Source: Algoriphagus sp. (GTDB taxonomy: Bacteria; Bacteroidota; Bacteroidia; Cytophagales; Cyclobacteriaceae). Taken from it: a stretch of DNA of 64,000 nt. Positions 59,990 through 64,000 of this stretch are shown here, one piece after another. Within the stretch, counting starts at the first letter, position 1; the number at the start of each line of letters is the position of its first letter. The notes under the pieces were generated by a model. That model was not told the origin of the DNA and ran no database searches. It was given only the letters and a program-made list of their open reading frames with translations. Made by a program: the position numbers and the translations under genes. The DNA lies in assembly GCA_029945945.1 (NCBI GenBank), contig JAQSDM010000001.1, positions 25,705 through 89,704 on the forward strand. The letters are read 5' to 3'.

Positions 59990-61414
59990 ATGAAAATCAG
60001 AAACTTCATTTTCATGTCAGGCCTTATATTCAGCTGCCAGGAAAAACCTCAGGTTGACTTGCTAATAAAAAATGTCAACATAGTAGATATTGAAGGTGAT
60101 TCAATCCTGAGTTCTCAATATGTCCTGATCCAAGCAGATAGCATTTTTGCAATAGGAAACGAGGAGTTGGCAAACCAATACAATCCTGCTCAAATCATCA
60201 ATGGAGAAGGTAAATTTTTGATGCCCGGGCTTTGGGACAATCATGTGCATTTTGGTGGTGCAGAATACATCGACGAAAACGAGCAATTACTTCCGCTTTA
60301 CCTGGCATTTGGAGTGACTACCGTGCGAGATGCTGCAGGTGACATCAGCCTGGAGGTCTTGAAATGGCGGGATGAAATCAATGAAGGAAAGCGAATCGGT
60401 CCAAAAATTTTGACTTCAGGACCAAAAATAGAAGGAATTGAATCTATTTGGCCGGGAGATTTGGAAGTTGGTACGAGCGAGGAACTTGATTTAGCCTTGG
60501 ATTCATTGGAGAAACTGAAAGTTGATTTCGTTAAAATCACGGATAACACCATGAAGCCTGAGCTTTTCTTGGAAGCAATCGAGAAAGCCACCGCTCGTGG
60601 TTGGAGCGTTTCAGGTCATATTCCTGCTGCCCTGACCTTGGATCAGGCTTCCAAAGCCGGCCAAAAAACTGTTGAGCATCTTGGCTATATGCTTCGTGCC
60701 AGTACTCCAAAAGAATCAGAAATAAGCGCTGGCAGAGCTTCTGGCAAATTAACAGCGCAAGAAGCCATTGCCCTTCAAACGGAGACTTTGGATGATTCAG
60801 TGGCAATGGCAAATTTTCACCAATTGGCTTCTCAGGGAACAGGCGTGGTTCCTACCCTTTTGATCAGTTATAACATTGCCTACTTGGACGAAAACGAGTT
60901 TGAAAAAGATACTATCCTTAAGTATCTGGGACCAAAGCTGAAGGAAAGCTATCAATGGAGGATTCAGCGAATGGCGAACGACACACCTGAAGATAAGCAG
61001 AATCGCAAAACTGGATTTGAAGCGACAGCCAGATTATTACCGATTATTCAAAAGTCTGGAATGAAAATCATCGCCGGAACAGATGCAGGTTACCTTAATA
61101 CATACGATTACCCGGGATTGGCTATTCACCTTGAGCTCCAAAAATTCGTGGAATATGGACTTACTCCGAGAGAAGCCTTAATCGCTTCGGTCATTAATGG
61201 GCCTGGATATTTTGGATTGGAAAAAGAGTATGGTGCTGTGAAAATTGGAAAAAGCGCAAATCTGCTTTTGCTAAACTCAAATCCTTTAGAATCAATCATA
61301 TCCACCTTAGACATAAATGGAGTAATCAAGGATGGAGTTTTTTATTCCAGATCTGTTTTGGATCAAATGCTGGCCGAAATCAAAAAATGGGTTGCTGACA
61401 AAGAAGCCAACTAA
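59990..61414 (+). CDS. Amidohydrolase family lipoprotein
   Basis: Lipobox IFSC; PGLWDNHVH, GVTTVRD, FVK, SGH, VEH, AGTDAG; 1 nt after the TetR stop. Confidence 0.92.
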   Translation: MKIRNFIFMSGLIFSCQEKPQVDLLIKNVNIVDIEGDSILSSQYVLIQADSIFAIGNEELANQYNPAQIINGEGKFLMPGLWDNHVHFGGAEYIDENEQLLPLYLAFGVTTVRDAAGDISLEVLKWRDEINEGKRIGPKILTSGPKIEGIESIWPGDLEVGTSEELDLALDSLEKLKVDFVKITDNTMKPELFLEAIEKATARGWSVSGHIPAALTLDQASKAGQKTVEHLGYMLRASTPKESEISAGRASGKLTAQEAIALQTETLDDSVAMANFHQLASQGTGVVPTLLISYNIAYLDENEFEKDTILKYLGPKLKESYQWRIQRMANDTPEDKQNRKTGFEATARLLPIIQKSGMKIIAGTDAGYLNTYDYPGLAIHLELQKFVEYGLTPREALIASVINGPGYFGLEKEYGAVKIGKSANLLLLNSNPLESIISTLDINGVIKDGVFYSRSVLDQMLAEIKKWVADKEAN

Positions 61415-61415
61415 C

Positions 61416-61448
61416 AAAAAAGACCCGGCTTTCACCGGGTCTTTTTTT
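61416..61448. terminator. Bidirectional terminator
   Basis: AAAAAAGACCCGG-ctttca-CCGGGTCTTTTTT. Confidence 0.85.
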
Positions 61449-61461
61449 GAATTAAACTTTT

Positions 61462-63024
61462 TTAATGGACGTTGCCCATCATCTTTTTTATAATCGGACT
61501 GAGGACAAATAGCAAGGCAGCAGAACCAACAACAGTATAAACGATCATCAGGAATTGATCTGGCATAGCAGCCAATCCTTCTTCTGTCCCCCCACTCGCC
61601 TCACCGGCGATCAAACCTGCGAAAAGATTACCAAGTGCTATGGACATGAACCAAATGCCCATCATTTGACCGGCATAAGCTCTTGGTGCCAATTTGGTTA
61701 CTAAGCTCAGGCCAACAGGCGAAAGGCTCAACTCTCCAAATGTGTGGATCATGAAAGTCATGATCAGCCAGGTAGGAGCAGCAAGTTCCCCTGAGGCTGC
61801 GATTTTGGTTGCGAAATACATGACAAAGAAACCGACTCCCAGGAGCAATAAGCCAAAAGTGAATTTCAGAGGTGAACTTGGTTCGAGATGTCTTCTGCCT
61901 AACCAAACCCAAAGTGCACCGAAGAAAGGAGCGAAAATGATGACGAAGAGGGAATTGATCGATTGGAAATAACTGGTTGGAATTTCCCATCCTAAAATGG
62001 TTCTGTCCATAAATCGCTCTGCAAAAAGATTCAAAGTTGAACCAGCCTGCTCGAAACCAGACCAAAACATGGCTGAAAACAAGAATAAAATTGCAATCAC
62101 ACCTACCTTGTTTTTATCTGCTTTGGAAAGTCCTCCAAAGGCAATTACATATCCCAGATACCCAAAAGCCACTAAAGCGATAACGGTTCCTGATGCACTG
62201 GCTATCGCTGAAGCATTAACGGGAATCACTCCCATCAACAAAATTCCTACTAATGCGACTAGGATAATCACGACAACTGAAACGATTGATTTGAGTTTCT
62301 TTTGGCTTGTTCGATCCGCTTCAGTGGTGATTAACGGTGGTTCTCCGTACCCATCGAGCACCGCTCCGGAAAGTTTGTATTGAATCAATCCGAAAACCAT
62401 TCCCAAGCCAGCCAATCCAAATCCTAAATGCATATCATAAGTTGCCATAGTTCCGCAAGCCAAAGGAGCTATAAAACCTCCAATATTGATCCCCATGTAG
62501 AAAATAGAGAACCCCGCATCTCTTTTAGAGCTTCCGTCCGGATAGAGCTGGCCCACGATCGAGCTGATATTTGGCTTTAGTAATCCTGTTCCAACCACGA
62601 TTAAAATAAGTCCTAAGAAAAATGATGCGGTATCAATCGATGTTAATTCAGCTTTCTCACCTGATGAACCATTTAGCAAAGCTACAATCCCAGGCATCGC
62701 CATCATGAAATGGCCAAGGGCAATGATGATACCTCCGTACCAAACCGACTTCTTCAATCCAAAAAGACGATCAGCCAACCAACCCCCGGGAAGTGCAAGC
62801 AGGTAAACACCCATTGTGTAAAGCCCGTAAATCGCACCGGCGGTCTTGTCGTCAAATCCCAAACCGCCATCTATAATTGCCTTTGTCATGAAGAGAATGA
62901 GCAGAGCTCTCATTCCGTAGTAACTAAATCGCTCCCACATTTCTGTGAAAAAGAGAGTCATCAAACCTTTCGGGTGACCAAAAATTGTTGGCCCTTCAAA
63001 TTCAGGTGTAAGTTGTTTTTCCAA
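61462..63024 (-). CDS. POT/PTR family proton-dependent peptide transporter
   Basis: GHPKGL, EMWERFSYYG (ExxERFxYY), KPNIS, FSIFYMGINIG; start uncertain (TTG at 63024 chosen). Confidence 0.95.
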   Translation of the reverse strand: MEKQLTPEFEGPTIFGHPKGLMTLFFTEMWERFSYYGMRALLILFMTKAIIDGGLGFDDKTAGAIYGLYTMGVYLLALPGGWLADRLFGLKKSVWYGGIIIALGHFMMAMPGIVALLNGSSGEKAELTSIDTASFFLGLILIVVGTGLLKPNISSIVGQLYPDGSSKRDAGFSIFYMGINIGGFIAPLACGTMATYDMHLGFGLAGLGMVFGLIQYKLSGAVLDGYGEPPLITTEADRTSQKKLKSIVSVVVIILVALVGILLMGVIPVNASAIASASGTVIALVAFGYLGYVIAFGGLSKADKNKVGVIAILFLFSAMFWSGFEQAGSTLNLFAERFMDRTILGWEIPTSYFQSINSLFVIIFAPFFGALWVWLGRRHLEPSSPLKFTFGLLLLGVGFFVMYFATKIAASGELAAPTWLIMTFMIHTFGELSLSPVGLSLVTKLAPRAYAGQMMGIWFMSIALGNLFAGLIAGEASGGTEEGLAAMPDQFLMIVYTVVGSAALLFVLSPIIKKMMGNVH

Positions 63025-63306
63025 GGATTGTTTTATTTGGGTGAATTCATTTTTACAATGATACATGTTTTTACCACTTTTTTCCAAAGTTCATCGCACC
63101 GTTAATCTGACCGATTTCCAAATTAATCTCCCATTTTTCAAGACATTTTTGAGAATTCTGTACAGGATAAAACAGTGAGACAAATAAAATTTTGATTTTA
63201 CAACGTAATCGATTGTAATGCTAAAAAATGAGGTTTTTTAATTTCAATTTTGACAGTTTTCATTAATTTTGAGGAGACAATTTTCAGTTTTTAAACCCAA
63301 TATTTT

Positions 63307-64000
63307 ATGCAGGACTTAGTTCTGGATTCCCGAATCTCCTCTACTGCTTTTCTTGATTTTCAAACCAAGCGAAGCGAATTCTACAACCTATCGGCAGCAG
63401 AATTGATAGAGCAAGCCCTAGCCAGAAAGGAAGGCTATCTAACTTCCACAGGCGCTTTTATGGCTGACACTGGTAAGTTCACCGGAAGATCCCCTTTGGA
63501 TCGTTTTATTGTGTTAGATGACAAAACGCGTGATTCAGTTTGGTGGGGAGATATCAACATCCCTTTTGATTCCCGTAAATTCGAAGCCTTATTAGCCAAA
63601 ATGAAAACCTATCTGAGCGAAAAGGACCTTTTCGTAAGAGATGCATTTGCAGGAGCAGATCCAAATTACCGGATGAATGTCCGGGTGATCAACACTCTAG
63701 CTTGGCACAACCTTTTTTGCCAAAACATGTTCCTGAGGCCTACTGAGGAAGAACTGGAGAATTTTCAGCATGATTTCACCATAATTTGCGCTCCGGAATT
63801 CCATGCTGATCCTGAAAAAGACGGAACAAAAAATCCAAATTTTGCAATTTTGGATCTCACCCGAAGAATCATTTTGATCGGAGGAACCGGTTACGCGGGA
63901 GAAATGAAAAAAGGAATTTTTTCAGTTCTCAACTTCCTCCTTCCTCATGAGCGAAACGTGCTTTCCATGCATTGCTCGGCTAATCTTGGAAAAAATGGCG
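63307..64000 (+). CDS. pckA: Phosphoenolpyruvate carboxykinase (ATP), partial at the window end
   Basis: Manual translation from ATG 63307: TGKFTGRSP, GGTGYAGEMKKGIFSVLN, LSMHCSAN; TAATTTTG -7 box at 63264-63271. Confidence 0.96.
   Translation, partial: MQDLVLDSRISSTAFLDFQTKRSEFYNLSAAELIEQALARKEGYLTSTGAFMADTGKFTGRSPLDRFIVLDDKTRDSVWWGDINIPFDSRKFEALLAKMKTYLSEKDLFVRDAFAGADPNYRMNVRVINTLAWHNLFCQNMFLRPTEEELENFQHDFTIICAPEFHADPEKDGTKNPNFAILDLTRRIILIGGTGYAGEMKKGIFSVLNFLLPHERNVLSMHCSANLGKNG

Overview
This is a chromosomal segment of a Bacteroidota bacterium. Gene content and TAnnTTTG -7 promoter boxes suggest Cytophagales (Cyclobacteriaceae/Algoriphagus-like), which is an inference. About 46 protein-coding genes are readable: smc, katG, hppD, murB, tyrS, partial pckA, M28/S9/M1/S41 peptidases, two GH2 and one GH20 glycosidases, two fatty-acid desaturases, transporters, regulators, and DHS-like, HDAC-like and Schlafen/AlbA_2 proteins. 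I saw no rRNA, tRNA, CRISPR array, transposase, integrase or prophage. The most unusual signal is non-coding. Four intergenic regions in the first 17 kb are mosaics of shared repeat modules: CGTC- and GTAG-tagged REP-like palindromes, GGGATTA heptamer arrays, a CTCTGTG module, and two longer modules (A and B). Module A has interleaved helices with compensatory changes, and module B ends in an H-type pseudoknot with a U-rich loop. A, B, D and the heptamer arrays all face the same strand. Other leads are a 61-aa microprotein that is 62% Asp/Glu with no basic residue, a stand-alone Schlafen domain, an orphan and possibly truncated BlaI, and a terminator abutting the HDAC start codon. All family assignments come from motif recognition by eye; no database searches were run.
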